From Octopus bimaculoides (lineage: Eukaryota), in assembly GCF_001194135.2 (NCBI RefSeq), contig NC_068989.1, forward strand, positions 94,517,512 through 94,581,511: a stretch of DNA of 64,000 bases. Reading direction: 5' to 3'. The notes beneath the pieces are model-generated. The model ran no database searches. It saw nothing but the letters and a program-made list of their open reading frames with translations, and had not been told where the DNA came from. Of this stretch, positions 13,034 to 25,976 are shown in pieces; within the stretch, counting starts at the first letter, position 1, and each line of letters opens with the position of its first letter. A program made the position numbers and the translations under genes.

Positions 13034-13121
13034 GTATATATAAATTTAAAGAATGGAGTAAACGCATATTATAACTGCAGTTATAATATGCGTTTACTCC
13101 ATTCTTTAAATTTATATATAC
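13034..13121. repeat. Perfect 88-bp palindrome at a contig end
   Basis: 44-bp arms, no spacer, centred on CTGCAG; gap starts at 13129. Confidence 0.9.
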
Positions 13122-13422
13122 ATATATANNNNNNNNNNNNNNNNNNNNNNNNNNNNNNNNNNNNNNNNNNNNNNNNNNNNNNNNNNNNNNNNNNNNNNNN
13201 NNNNNNNNNNNNNNNNNNNNNNNNNNNNNNNNNNNNNNNNNNNNNNNNNNNNNNNNNNNNNNNNNNNNNNNNNNNNNNNNNNNNNNNNNNNNNNNNNNNN
13301 NNNNNNNNNNNNNNNNNNNNNNNNNNNNNNNNNNNNNNNNNNNNNNNNNNNNNNNNNNNNNNNNNNNNNNNNNNNNNNNNNNNNNNNNNNNNNNNNNNNN
13401 NNNNNNNNNNNNNNNNNNNNNN

Positions 13423-13465
<43 letters not shown>

Positions 13466-14086
13466 TTTTATACACACACACACTTCGGTATGCATTTTGC
13501 AGGCGAGCTCTGTTTCAATATGTGAATACTTGTTGACCTATAAGAAAACATAAACTCTTCGTAACACACAACGAATGTAATTGATAGAAATAGACGCAAT
13601 ACATTCAATATAGAAACAGTTGTTTGATGTGTTTCAGAAGCAACACAGTAGGTAATATTTTGAACACTATTAATAAGAGTCATGTTTTTATAGATACCAA
13701 TAATGCTTTCAGTAGTTCTCAGATTTACGCCAAAATTACCTTAATAGATTCTAGTTTATATGCACTCAAGAATTTTTGGTTCGCTGTGATTTTATTACAC
13801 CTACACGAATGGAATTTCGCGTCCTGGCTGTGATGTGCACAAAGGGCATTAGAAACTGTCTCCGGAGTATTTCGCTGATAAACATATTTTGCCGGCTTAA
13901 TGTGTTGACTTTAAATCATCTTACCCAACATTCAGGTTCAAAGGTGTCTCACATCTTATAATACCTTGAAAACCACCGTGCGGTGCAGTATGTGTTTTCT
14001 CAATGCATAATTTCCCATACTTATATTTTACTTGTATAAGTACGCGCACGTGTTTATAGACATTTTTGTATACGTATGTATGTATG

Positions 14087-14129
<43 letters not shown>

Positions 14130-14450
14130 NNNNNNNNNNNNNNNNNNNNNNNNNNNNNNNNNNNNNNNNNNNNNNNNNNNNNNNNNNNNNNNNNNNNNNN
14201 NNNNNNNNNNNNNNNNNNNNNNNNNNNNNNNNNNNNNNNNNNNNNNNNNNNNNNNNNNNNNNNNNNNNNNNNNNNNNNNNNNNNNNNNNNNNNNNNNNNN
14301 NNNNNNNNNNNNNNNNNNNNNNNNNNNNNNNNNNNNNNNNNNNNNNNNNNNNNNNNNNNNNNNNNNNNNNNNNNNNNNNNNNNNNNNNNNNNNNNNNNNN
14401 NNNNNNNNNNNNNNNNNNNNNNNNNNNNNNNNNNNNNNNNNNNNNNNNNN

Positions 14451-14500
<50 letters not shown>

Positions 14501-14692
14501 TACATACATACGTATATATATATATATATATACACATGTATACACACATATACACACACTCTCACACACAGACATATATATATATTTACGTCCCCGTTAA
14601 GGTAATATCAAGAAAAATGTACTTCATGAAGAGATAAATGTTATTTAATGTACACAGCATACAGTCACGAGCAACTAATAGTTTCATGCACT

Positions 14693-14930
14693 GGAGATGT
14701 AGTCTAGGCAAGTTTTAATAACATGCTTGTGTGTACAAGCAATCTCCATATTCTGAGCACATGGCGTATACAATTTACAAATTAGGACGTTGAAACGAGA
14801 GAAGACACGCGAACATGATTTCCCTTGTTCTAGTGTCCTGGTTTGTAAATTGTATAGAAATACCTTCAGAACCTCAGGATTGATTGTCAACACAGGCTGT
14901 CTTAATAAGACTTGTCTTGACTACATTTCC
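14693..14930. mobile_element. Fold-back MITE-like element
   Basis: ggagatgtagtctaggcaagtttta.. pairs with ..taagacttgtcttgactacatttcc; inner tatacaatttacaaa pairs with tttgtaaattgtata. Confidence 0.7.
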
Positions 14931-15028
14931 TTATTGTTAAGGACATTTCCTTACGGTTACGGACTACATTAGCTCGTAACTCTATGGTGCGTACATTAAA
15001 CTATAGTAATAATGATAATAATAATAAT

Positions 15029-15148
15029 AGAAGAAGAAGAAGAAGAAGAAGAAGAAGAAGAAGAAGAAGAAGAAGAAGAAGAAGAAGAAGAAGAAGAAGA
15101 AGAAGAAGAAGAAGAAGAAGAAGAAGAAGAAGAAGAAGAAGAAGAAGA
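15029..15148. repeat. (AGA)n microsatellite, about 40 units
   Basis: Directly visible. Confidence 0.97.
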
Positions 15149-15262
15149 GTGTATAAAAATGTATACACGGTGAAAAGGGAAGTTAAAACCCAAACCACGA
15201 AAAGAAATATTATTCTTTAAGGTATGTTGCTTGTAAGCGAGCCGGATATCTAAATAAATAAA
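15148..15262 (+). mobile_element. Extra terminal arm of the MITE at 15652-15982
   Basis: agtgtataaaaatgtatacacgg..tgaaaagggaagttaaaacccaaaccacg matches both arms of the downstream element. Confidence 0.65.
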
Positions 15263-15651
15263 AATCTCAGTTAACCCTGTACCCACGAGTTTCACTATTA
15301 ATGATCAAATAAATAAATTAATTAGTCAATCAATGGATTAATTAACCATTCGCTATTCATCAGTAGAGTCGCTGGAAAATGCATGATTAGGAAAATATAA
15401 TATGTACCGAAAAACACGAGGTAAAACACATGCGCATTTAGTTCCATGTTTATGATTCAAGAATTCAAATCAAATATCCTCAAGCGCCATGTCGTGTCAG
15501 CATAGTACAGCAGTGAATAAGTTCAACTGTATATTACCCGTCCGAAGAATCGTAATATTGAACTATATAAACACCGGGTGAAAATTATTAAAAAATAATA
15601 ATTTTTACTAGTGGTCAGCATGCGTAATAAAAGCCAAAAGACAAATATTTC

Positions 15652-15982
15652 TATATAACAGTGTATAACAATTTATACATGGAGAGAAGACCACCATGTT
15701 GTCTTCTTACATGCTGAAAAGGTCAGTCCAAACACAAACCACGAAAAGAAAGAATATTCTTTAAGGCACGTTGCTTGTAAGTAGATGTAAATAAACAGAA
15801 AACATATATAAATACATATGAATACTGTATAAATACCGAGTATTTATTTAGATATCTGCTCACTTACATGCTCGCTTACAAGAAAATGTTTTTCGTAGTT
15901 TGGGTTTTAACTGCCCTTTTCAGCATGTAAGAAATCCACATGGTGGGTTTCTCCGTGTACACATTTTTATACACTATTATAT
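15652..15982. mobile_element. Palindromic MITE with TA-flanked (C/T)AGTG termini (Tc1/mariner type)
   Basis: Left arm tatataacagtgtataac..cttacatgctgaaaagg inverted with right arm ccttttcagcatgtaag..tatacactattatata. Confidence 0.7.
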
Positions 15983-16194
15983 AAAGGTTATGGCGGCGGG
16001 GGGTATTGGAGTCAACCAAACTCTAAAGATACAGGTAATACCGAGTAAGTGCTGTATACCGACTAGTTTTGCCCCTGGCGTGTTTGCAACATGAGTGGGG
16101 AATATAACATGGGTCGCGTATTAGCGTGTGTATATATAAAAAAGAATAAGATAAAGCGACCCACCACATAAGTAGAATATATTTTATGCATAAA

Positions 16195-16243
16195 ATCTTA
16201 CAGCTGTTTCAAGGAAAATTCAATGTATCCCTCCATCGGAGAC
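16195..16243 (-). ncRNA. Hammerhead motif, ACAGCTGT family, with core mutation
   Basis: Reverse complement GTCT-CCGATGG-AGGGA..TTCCTT-GAAA-CAGCTG-TA-AGAT; A9 changed to G. Confidence 0.5.
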
Positions 16244-16489
16244 GGTAATAGTAGAAGAATGGATTATTACATCTATAAGTGGAGATTTGTAGTAAGAAGT
16301 GAGATAGAATGATTCAATTCAATATAACAGTTTTTGTGATTTAATATCAGCTGGTAATTGCAGAGTTTTTTTTACATATTATACACATTTTTGCATTAAT
16401 ATGAACCGACACTAGCAGTATACCTGCTCATCTTCAGGCGAGTGGCTTCCAAAGCAATGCTTCCATTCACATACAAGACTGAATGTTTG

Positions 16490-16710
16490 TGTGTGTCTGT
16501 GTGTATCTAATTTTGTATGTACGTATGCATGTATATATGCATGTATGCATGTATGTGTGCATGTATGCTTGTCTGTATGCATGTATGTATATATGTATGT
16601 ATGCATATATGTATGTATGCATATATGTATGTATGCGTGTATGTATATATTTGTATGTGTATGTGCTTGTACTTTTGAGGGCGTGCTTGTGCGTGTGCGC
16701 TTTGCATGTG
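16490..16710. repeat. Degenerate (TATG)/(TG) microsatellite field
   Basis: Directly visible. Confidence 0.9.
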
Positions 16711-16871
16711 TCTACGTATATCTTCCGGTATATGGTTTTGGACATAAATGCACAACTTACTCAAGCAGTGTTCCAGAATATCGTATACATAAACAACTAC
16801 TGCCCCACATGAAATTACCTTTAAATGATAAGACGTTGTCCCAGGAATAACGAACAAGCTGCTGGCTTGTT

Positions 16872-16920
16872 GATGTTGATGATGATGATGATGATTATGA
16901 TGATGATGATGATGATGATT

Positions 16921-16965
<45 letters not shown>
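16872..16965. repeat. (GAT)n microsatellite
   Basis: Directly visible. Confidence 0.95.
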
Positions 16966-16967
<2 letters not shown>

Positions 16968-18139
16968 TTCCTCGTCAGTATTGTTCAATTAAACGATCAC
17001 AATTTCTTCAAGTCTTCATATCCAATCATCAGCAGTGGTCGTTTCTCCTGTGTCCGAATATTCCAGTAAGTAAAAAGTAACCTTAATTCCAACGGATGAT
17101 ATACACGTGTACTGTGAGAAAATTAATTCGAAAGACTCACTAAAATGTGTTAATGTTTGCATTTCTCTATCTGTCTGTCTAAATTCCCTCCAGTGTATAC
17201 TTCTCAACGTTTACATTTTGTGTTAGTTTGATTTACTTACCCAAATATTCGTGCAAAACCTATATTAAAAAGCCAGTATTTGTTAATATTTATTTAGAGG
17301 AGATTTATAATATTCGAGAAAGACACAGAGCTACACTGCAGATAACGTGTATAGTTATCGACATTTCCTGATCTTTGATCCAAATTAAATATACGTAGTC
17401 GACATATCGAGAGAGATTTGCGATGAAAATTAACGATTACTAAATAAAATTGACATAAAATAAGGTATGAAAGCAACAAGTTTCATATGAAATAGATAGA
17501 ATCATAGGTGAACATATCTAATGAAAACTGTTAATATGGAAATTCCTGCAGGCAGTATTAGATTTTATCATGTTCGTTAATTGGAACAAGAAGGAATATG
17601 TAATATCTGAGCCATCGGCAAAAATAATTTAGTTTTCATTGATTAATTTTGCTCGTATATTCAAACACGCACATGAAAATGTGAATCGATTATTTTCCAT
17701 TAAAAACGGTATAATGCGTGAATAAATATATTCGGTGTGTGGAAGCAGGAAAATAAGAAGAGAAACACCAACAGGTATGTAGAAAACCGACAATATCATA
17801 TGTGTTGCTGAAGTATTACAGATTGAATACAAATTTATCTACGAGTTTTCCAGTTTATTTAATGCACTCTAAATTGCAAAATGCCCACATTTCAGGCACA
17901 GGCAAGCACACCCAGAAACACTAACACATGCACAAAGATTCACACACACACACATATACGTGCAGGGGATATATATATATACATACATATATATATGACT
18001 TGCACACACCTATATACATATACAGATATGTATATACATATATATATATAAATCTATATGCATCTGTGTGTGTGTGTATATATACATATATTTATATATC
18101 TATATATAAATGTATGTATACGTTTTGCGTGTATATTAT

Positions 18140-18191
<52 letters not shown>

Positions 18192-18213
18192 GTGTGTGTG
18201 TGTNNNNNNNNNN

Positions 18214-18269
<56 letters not shown>

Positions 18270-19064
18270 CATATATTGAAAGAGAGACAGACAGATACAC
18301 AGAGATCATTCGGTAGATACACGTGTGCTTCAAAATTCTTGAGCTGTATTAAAAGCACAACGATATTTGAACCCGCTAGAGGTATATGAAAAATATATTT
18401 ACTTCAGCATATGTCACTGATATGGAAAGCCATATACTTATATCATTTACATCTACTAGAAAATAAGAAGCGACTAAATTAGAATTTATTTTAGGAACGT
18501 ATGTAGGTGGTAGAACATATTTTGAAGAAATTGTTAACAGAATGAAATGTAATACTGTCAGAGAATGCAATAATTAAATTACTTTCCTAGAATATTTTTC
18601 TGGGACCTGTATGCATGTAACGAGTATAAAAATTTGTGTTGGATACAGAGTTACATGTTTATGAGGTTAGTTATATTGGATATTGAAATGACGAAGATTT
18701 TAAATAACGATAAAAGAAATCTGATATAGCTTGCATGTGCCAAATGGCGTAATATTTTAGAGTAAGAAACTTTTTTCTTATATTAAAGTGATAATATCTT
18801 TTGACATTTGTGTTCTGCTTCACAAATCCGATGGAGCGTCCAACAAAATTGTTATATTTAGATACATTATTTTAAATTCTGCGTTCCATTTCTATCATGT
18901 TGTAAATTCCTTTTTTTCATTCAGGCTTCGATGAATTATAAATGACAGTGTTTGATTTTCTTGCCTATTCTCTTCCGAACAAGTCTTCCAGATGTATATG
19001 GCACGTGGAAGAAACTGACAGAACAGTATATTTAGTAGAATAATTACAGGGAAAGAAATCCTTG

Positions 19065-19275
19065 CAGTGTCTATTCAGGTTCTTTATTTTTGTGGGTCAA
19101 ATCCTGACAAAATCAACTTTGCTTTTCATCCTTCAAGGTTCGATCAACTAAATACCAGTCCAGCACGGAGGTTGATAAAATCGTCTGCCCACTTGATTTG
19201 TTCGACTAAAACCCTTCAAGGTGGTGCTCCATCATGGCCACAGTCACATGTCTGAAACAAGTAAAAGGATAAAAG
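19065..19275 (+). mobile_element. Decayed SINE with family-1 body and family-2-type tail
   Basis: caactttgcttttcatcc body followed by cgactaaaacccttcaaggtggtgctccatcatggccacagtc..ctgaaacaagtaaaag tail. Confidence 0.65.
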
Positions 19276-19511
19276 AAGAAAAGAAGAAAACAATAACGCG
19301 CACACTCCAATGTGCATAGAACAGGGAAACGCACGTTTATAAATAATATATTATCACGCTGCATTTCAATTATAAATCGTTCGAATAATCTCAAACGTGA
19401 AACACATATAATGTATGTTAGCATCCAGAATATTACAGATGCTGAATAAATAAACACAATCTGGTTTGTGTTGATCGTTTTTCATAGAAAAATTTTACCG
19501 ACCTGCAAATA

Positions 19512-19591
<80 letters not shown>

Positions 19592-19734
19592 CGTGTCGAA
19601 TGCGAGCACTTACTTTTATGCGCACATGTGTGTGAGTCTGTATGTACGTAAAACCATTGATGACTATGTATTTTATTAAGATGTGAATAAACCTCGTGTG
19701 TCTACAAGCCTGCAGTATCATACTAACATTACAT

Positions 19735-19930
19735 AGGAGTATACAGCTTTAAAGTTATACTTACATCTTGTGAGATGTTCATTTGTCATCCTATCACCTG
19801 CAGTTACGACACATTTCATTTGGCCAGGAGACTGTCTGTCTAGCAAGAAAAACGGATACCACCAAACACAAGTCGCAGACTTTCTGTCACCATTCTCATC
19901 TAAACGGCTGAACTTGCAATGGGTAAACAT
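19735..19930 (-). mobile_element. Possible decayed LINE (RTE/CR1-like) 3' ORF fragment
   Basis: ..DRMTNEHLTRCKYNFKAV loosely resembles the 'TNE.L..' C-terminal region of RTE-type ORFs. Confidence 0.3.
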
Positions 19931-20155
19931 TAGATAATATATGAGTGTGTACTTGTACGTCTGTATATGAATGTATGTATGCCAAAGACAGGCTACAAAA
20001 CTTCAGTTATATGTTTATTGAAAAGCTTAGATGACACTTGAAAATATATTTCTAATATAGCGTCGCTGAGATCTAGATTTATTTGGTTGTACAAAATCAT
20101 ATCTTCATACACTCACGAACAACCACACATAGACATGTTCATATATATATAACCA

Positions 20156-20420
20156 ACAAGGACATCGAGAGGTAACGCAGTACGATCGTTTCAAGTTATT
20201 CCATTTAACTGAACAATCAATTTAAATGCAGAGCAATCCTCAGCTGTATAAAGACATAGAATTTAATTAAATTAAAACAGATGGACACATAAGTATAATT
20301 TTACCTAAAATCTCCAAGAAGGTAAGGATATAGACAAAGAATATGCTGTAATGGTTGCATTGTTCAATTAAATGGAGTTGCTTAAAACGATCGTACTGTA
20401 TAACCTCTCGATATCCTTGT
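20156..20420. mobile_element. MITE with ~60-bp terminal inverted repeats
   Basis: acaaggacatcgagaggtaacgcagtacgatcgttt..gaacaat inverted with attgttc..aaacgatcgtactgtataacctctcgatatccttgt. Confidence 0.75.
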
Positions 20421-21184
20421 GGCTTATTTTGATTTTAATCACCTTATTTTGAAATTGTATGGATAATACCGTACTAAATTCTAGTACCTCAACTTAAGTA
20501 CCATATTCATCTGAATATATATGTATATATANNNNNNNNNNNNNNNNNNNNNNNNNNNNNNNNNNNNNNNNNNNNNNNNNNNNNNNNNNNNNNNNNNNNN
20601 NNNNNNNNNNNNNNNNNNNNNNNNNNNNNNNNNNNNNNNNNNNNNNNNNNNNNNNNNNNNNNNNNNNNNNNNNNNNNNNNNNNNNNNNNNNNNNNNNNNN
20701 NNNNNNNNNNNNNNNNNNNNNNNNNNNNNNNNNNNNNNNNNNNNNNNNNNNNNNNNNNNNNNNNNNNNNNNNNNNNNNNNNNNNNNNNNNNNNNNNNNNN
20801 NNNNNNNNNNNNNNNNNNNNNNNNNNNNNNNNNNNNNNNNNNNNNNNNNNNNNNNNNNNNNNNNNNNNNNNNNNNNNNNNNNNNNNNNNNNNNNNNNNNN
20901 NNNNNNNNNNNNNNNNNNNNNNNNNNNNNNNNNNNNNNNNNNNNNNNNNNNNNNNNNNNNNNNNNNNNNNNNNNNNNNNNNNNNNNNNNNNNNNNNNNNN
21001 NNNNNNNNNNNNNNNNNNNNNNNNNNNNNNNNNNNNNNNNNNNNNNNNNNNNNNNNNNNNNNNNNNNNNNNNNNNNNNNNNNNNNCAATAGTGTATTGGT
21101 ATATTGGATATTTATTATCCGTTATATGGTTGCTTCACCTCTGCATTCGTTTATATATGGGAGAATATACGAAAAAACAACAAC

Positions 21185-21285
21185 AGACGAGGACAGGTGG
21201 TGTAAATAACAAAAGGATGTATTAGTATGACGCTCGGGAATACGGAAAGTCTTTGACGTTTCGAGCTACGCTCTTCAACAGAATA
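21185..21285 (-). repeat. PLE-type terminal repeat fragment with degenerate hammerhead-like motif
   Basis: Reverse complement CTGTTGA-AGAGC gta GCTC-GAAA-CG-TC. Confidence 0.4.
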
Positions 21286-21340
21286 CATACAAGCGTAAAT
21301 CGTTGTTTTCTGATCCTATTATTACATTGTTGACAACATT

Positions 21341-21341
21341 G

Positions 21342-21400
<59 letters not shown>
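21341..21400. repeat. (TAG)n microsatellite
   Basis: Directly visible. Confidence 0.95.
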
Positions 21401-21402
<2 letters not shown>

Positions 21403-23889
21403 CAACGAAAGTCACTAAACTTTAAGACAATTCTGCCGTCATAGCGAGAAGAAAGGGTTATAATATAAAATTGCCTTCATCACTAGAATTGTCATTATAA
21501 TCATTATCGTAGCTATGTCATCACCACCACCACCACAACAACAACAACAGCCATAATCATCATCATCCCCGTGGTCGCCATCGTTATAATCATTAACATT
21601 AAGAGACTATGCATCAGATTATTACTATTCAGATATTGGTAACATCTCAGACACGGTGTGTCAATGTTATGTCAGTAATTTGATGTTGACTGCTTCGAAA
21701 TGAGAATAAAATGATTTCCAATTTAAGAATCATCCGTAAAAGTTTGCCACGATTATTTCAACATTCTCCGTTGTATGAGTGTTTCAACAAAGAGATTGCT
21801 AAAAATAAAAATATATATATCTTTCTTAACGATCGTGCCTGATAACCATAACGGATCAATAATTTTGGATGAACTGATCTGACAATATTTTATGACCACG
21901 TATCGATAGTTTATTGCCAGTTTCCGATAAAGTGTCATTTTCCATAATTCAAAGGTGGTTTCAGACACCGTAATATATCAAACAAGAAGGCTATTATTAA
22001 TTTGAAAACAAACCCATGAAAAGACTGCAGATCAATTTCACTCAATCTATAAAATTGATAATGAAAATCAAGTTTCAATATGTGGTACAAATAAATTTAT
22101 TTGAAATATATTTCCATTGGGGTTAATTACAAGAAAAAAATGACAGTCTGAGTCATAAAATGATTATAACAAGGTTATATTTCTTTCTGTATACATTCTC
22201 ACAAAGACTCACATTTTGTAGTATATAATGTATTTTTACGTGTTAATCACAAAGTGGACACTTCATCCAAAATTCACATCAAAATCATATGTAATGACAA
22301 AATCAAGTATTACTTTATATCATAGATATTTGTGTGAAATAACTTTATTGTTATTGATAAAATCTTTTAATTTTTATAGAAAAAGAACACGTATACTTCA
22401 TATTGATTATCAAATGCCTTTCAACGGAAAGTAAAACCGACTTGATGTGACACAAATGTATAAGTATATACAATTTATAAAAGTATTTTGACTGCTTTTT
22501 ACTTCCGAGCGTGTAACCATTTCTTCTATTGCGTAGCTAAACTAATCAAATACAGAAATATTAATTTCAAATGATCTGAGCGAATAGAAATTAGTTTCTA
22601 TATTTTTTTTCACGCATATATATACACCATTTCCTTCGTGAATGAAGTTTGCACAATTGTTTTCAAATGCTAATAACTGATTCAAAATATATCGTCTTAG
22701 AAATTCAAAGTGTTTGCAATATATGATATATCAACTAGTCAGTCACGAAATTATTTAATATCAAAAACTAATCGCCTGAAAATAAGAGTCACGATTTGGT
22801 AGAGAGAAAGTTTATGTGGTGTAGCTATCGTCAACGTTGAAATGTAACCTGGACAAAACGTTCAGCCCAACTTAACTGATTGGATAAAATAATAATTTTA
22901 AAAAAGTGATGCCCTGGAGCAGCAACTTGAAAATTAGTCGCCTTAATTAATATGAAAGCATTGTCCCATAATCGTCTATTATTTGCTTATGCTTGTATAG
23001 TTCAATTATACGGTTGTTTCCGAAACTAGAAATATATCTAATATCTATTTACCATAAAATAATGGGTTCATTCAGTCACAAACTATTTGATGTTTTATTA
23101 ATGTTGCACAAAAACAGAAAGAAAAATAACGTACATTTTGTTTGAGGTACGCAACTGAATCATTACAAGATTTACGAGTTCACTTTGTGAAATGCCAACT
23201 GAACTGTTTCAAACAACAATGTAACATGACTTGGAAGAAAATGTGATATTTCACAATTTGAGCGTTTATGAAATATCACACAGGCAAATGAATATTATTC
23301 AGAAAATAATTAATCGAGAAAGCAATTGTCTATAAATTATAAGCAAAATAATTATTGCAAGTCAGGGAAACAGATGGTGATACATTGGCATGGCTGTGGC
23401 TTTCAACCATTACGCTTCGGAATGCGCTCCACATTTAGGTACGTGCCTTCTACTATAAGTGCGGGAATTTGCAGGTTTTTTGACAGACATGGCCTTGAAA
23501 CAGATCATCGGGTATGAAATTCCAATAGTTCATATCTACCATATCCACCTGGGTGGCGCTAGTACCATCTAATATCACTGTGATATATGCACACATTTGT
23601 GTATGTAGGGCATTTAACGAAGGAAAAAGAAACGCAACGCTCGGCATTAATATCATTTTTACGAACTTTTCATTTCTGCATGCTTAATTCTGCCAAGCTT
23701 AAAATCTTTAACACTGCTCAGATCGAAGCTCTCCATGCTTCCCTATCTGTCACAAATTATTCGAGACTTTTATAACATAATTCAAGGCATTTCAAATGTG
23801 ATTTTAGCGTGTTTTTATATCCTTTCTTCAGCTTATTACTCTGTGTGTGTCTGTCCTTTCTGTGTCTGTGTGTTCACGCGCGCGTTTAT

Positions 23890-24050
23890 ACGTGCATGTT
23901 GTTGATTTGTTTCATAACATAGCGGTTCGGCTAAAAGCCTAGTAGAAAAAAAGTAGCTGACTTAAGAAGTAAATCCTAGAATCAATTTGTTCAAGCCACC
24001 CTTTCGAGACTGCACCCTTGACCAATAACTGAGACAAGGTATCATATCAT
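23890..24050 (+). mobile_element. Decayed 3' half of a family-2 SINE
   Basis: taacatagcggttcggctaaaag.. similar to gtaacttagcggttcggcaaaag of other copies. Confidence 0.5.
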
Positions 24051-24156
24051 AGATTATATCTACCCTAGTGTTAAATAAGGAGTTTACTTTAAAAAATATA
24101 TATGCGTGTGTGTGTGCGTGTGCGTGTGCGTGTGTGTGTGTGTATGTGTGTGTGTG

Positions 24157-24187
<31 letters not shown>

Positions 24188-25927
24188 CAATGTGAGTGTG
24201 CATATACTTTAAGGATTACATCTCATGTGAAAATACAAGAATCCTATAGAAATATATATATGTTCTTTTCACTCTTTGATAATGATTGCTCAACGCAACA
24301 AAAATAAACTTGGTGTAGCTATTCGCAGTACTTGCAGCAAGAATATAAATGCAGGATATATTAACTTTTGCTAATTGAAAAATGGAAAGGGTTCTTCTTA
24401 AACACTGAGATATAACGATAACATTATTATTGATTCTGGATTATATAAAACTCCTGAAAATAAATGTGTATCTTGTTTATGAGGGTTCCGAATATTCTTT
24501 CATTTTCAGGATTTGAAACCCGTAATAGCCGTTTTGTCCAAAGAATTTTAACACTTTTCTATTTCAACAATGTATGTGTGTGTGCGTGTGTGTGTGTGCG
24601 TGTGCGTGTGTATGTGTGTGTGTTTCAGTGTATTCTTATATGTATTGTGTGTCTGTGTGTGTTTCGACCAATCGGTTTAGCTTGCACGATAAGAGTTATC
24701 AGGAAATGGGTTGCCAAGGCAATTCTCTTTATTGTGATTGCAATTCATCGCTTCTTAGGAAATGCCAAATAGAAAAACGTAACCGATGGAGTATAAAGAG
24801 AAGAGGACGTTTTATAGTGAAATTATATTAGTTTTTGTGCTTAAACATAATTTTAGTTTAACAATCATTTCTAAATTAAATTCAGAATAAATTGGCAAGG
24901 AAACGAAAAACGCTACATTTAATTCAATCTATTTGGAATCCAACGCCGATGATTCGTTTGGCAGGGAACTTAAATTTAAATGTATCTCCTACATCACATA
25001 ATTCAATATTTACTTATTTTCTTTCATACGAAAGATACAATACTATCTGTATGAAATTATGTATATATATATATATATATNNNNNNNNNNNNNNNNNNNN
25101 NNNNNNNNNNNNNNNNNNNNNNNNNNNNNNNNNNNNNNNNNNNNNNNNNNNNNNNNNNNNNNNNNNNNNNNNNNNNNNNNNNNNNNNNNNNNNNNNNNNN
25201 NNNNNNNNNNNNNNNNNNNNNNNNNNNNNNNNNNNNNNNNNNNNNNNNNNNNNNNNNNNNNNNNNNNNNNNNNNNNNNNNNNNNNNNNNNNNNNNNNNNN
25301 NNNNNNNNNNNNNNNNNNNNNNNNNNNNNNNNNNNNNNNNNNNNNNNNNNNNNNNNNNNNNNNNNNNNNNNNNNNNNNNNNNNNNNNNNNNNNNNNNNNN
25401 NNNNNNNNNNNNNNNNNNNNNNNNNNNNNNNNNNNNNNNNNNNNNNNTATATATATATATATATATATATATTGACCACATGTCAACCTGTTCTAATGTT
25501 GTCTCTTAGTACGTATACACGCCTATGCATTTGGGGGATTGTGTAGGTAAACGAGCAGCGCAGATTGAAGGCTCTCTCCCTCACATAGATATGTATATGT
25601 GTGTGGTGTGAATAAAGAGACAAGCGGAAACAGATGCATATTGATAAATAGGTTTTGAGTTATGTGTAGACATATTTATAAACGTTTCAATATATGAAAC
25701 TTATCCATGTATCTTTAATAAATATCTTTCCTGAAAGATTATAAATATATATCTATATGTGCATGTGTATATGCATGCATTTACATATACTCTCGCTCAC
25801 GAACATACGTACACATATATATAAACATACGTAAATGCACATATATACATATCCATCCAACCTTATATACATACATATATACATACATACATACATATAT
25901 ACATGCATATATACACACGCACGTACT

Positions 25928-25976
<49 letters not shown>

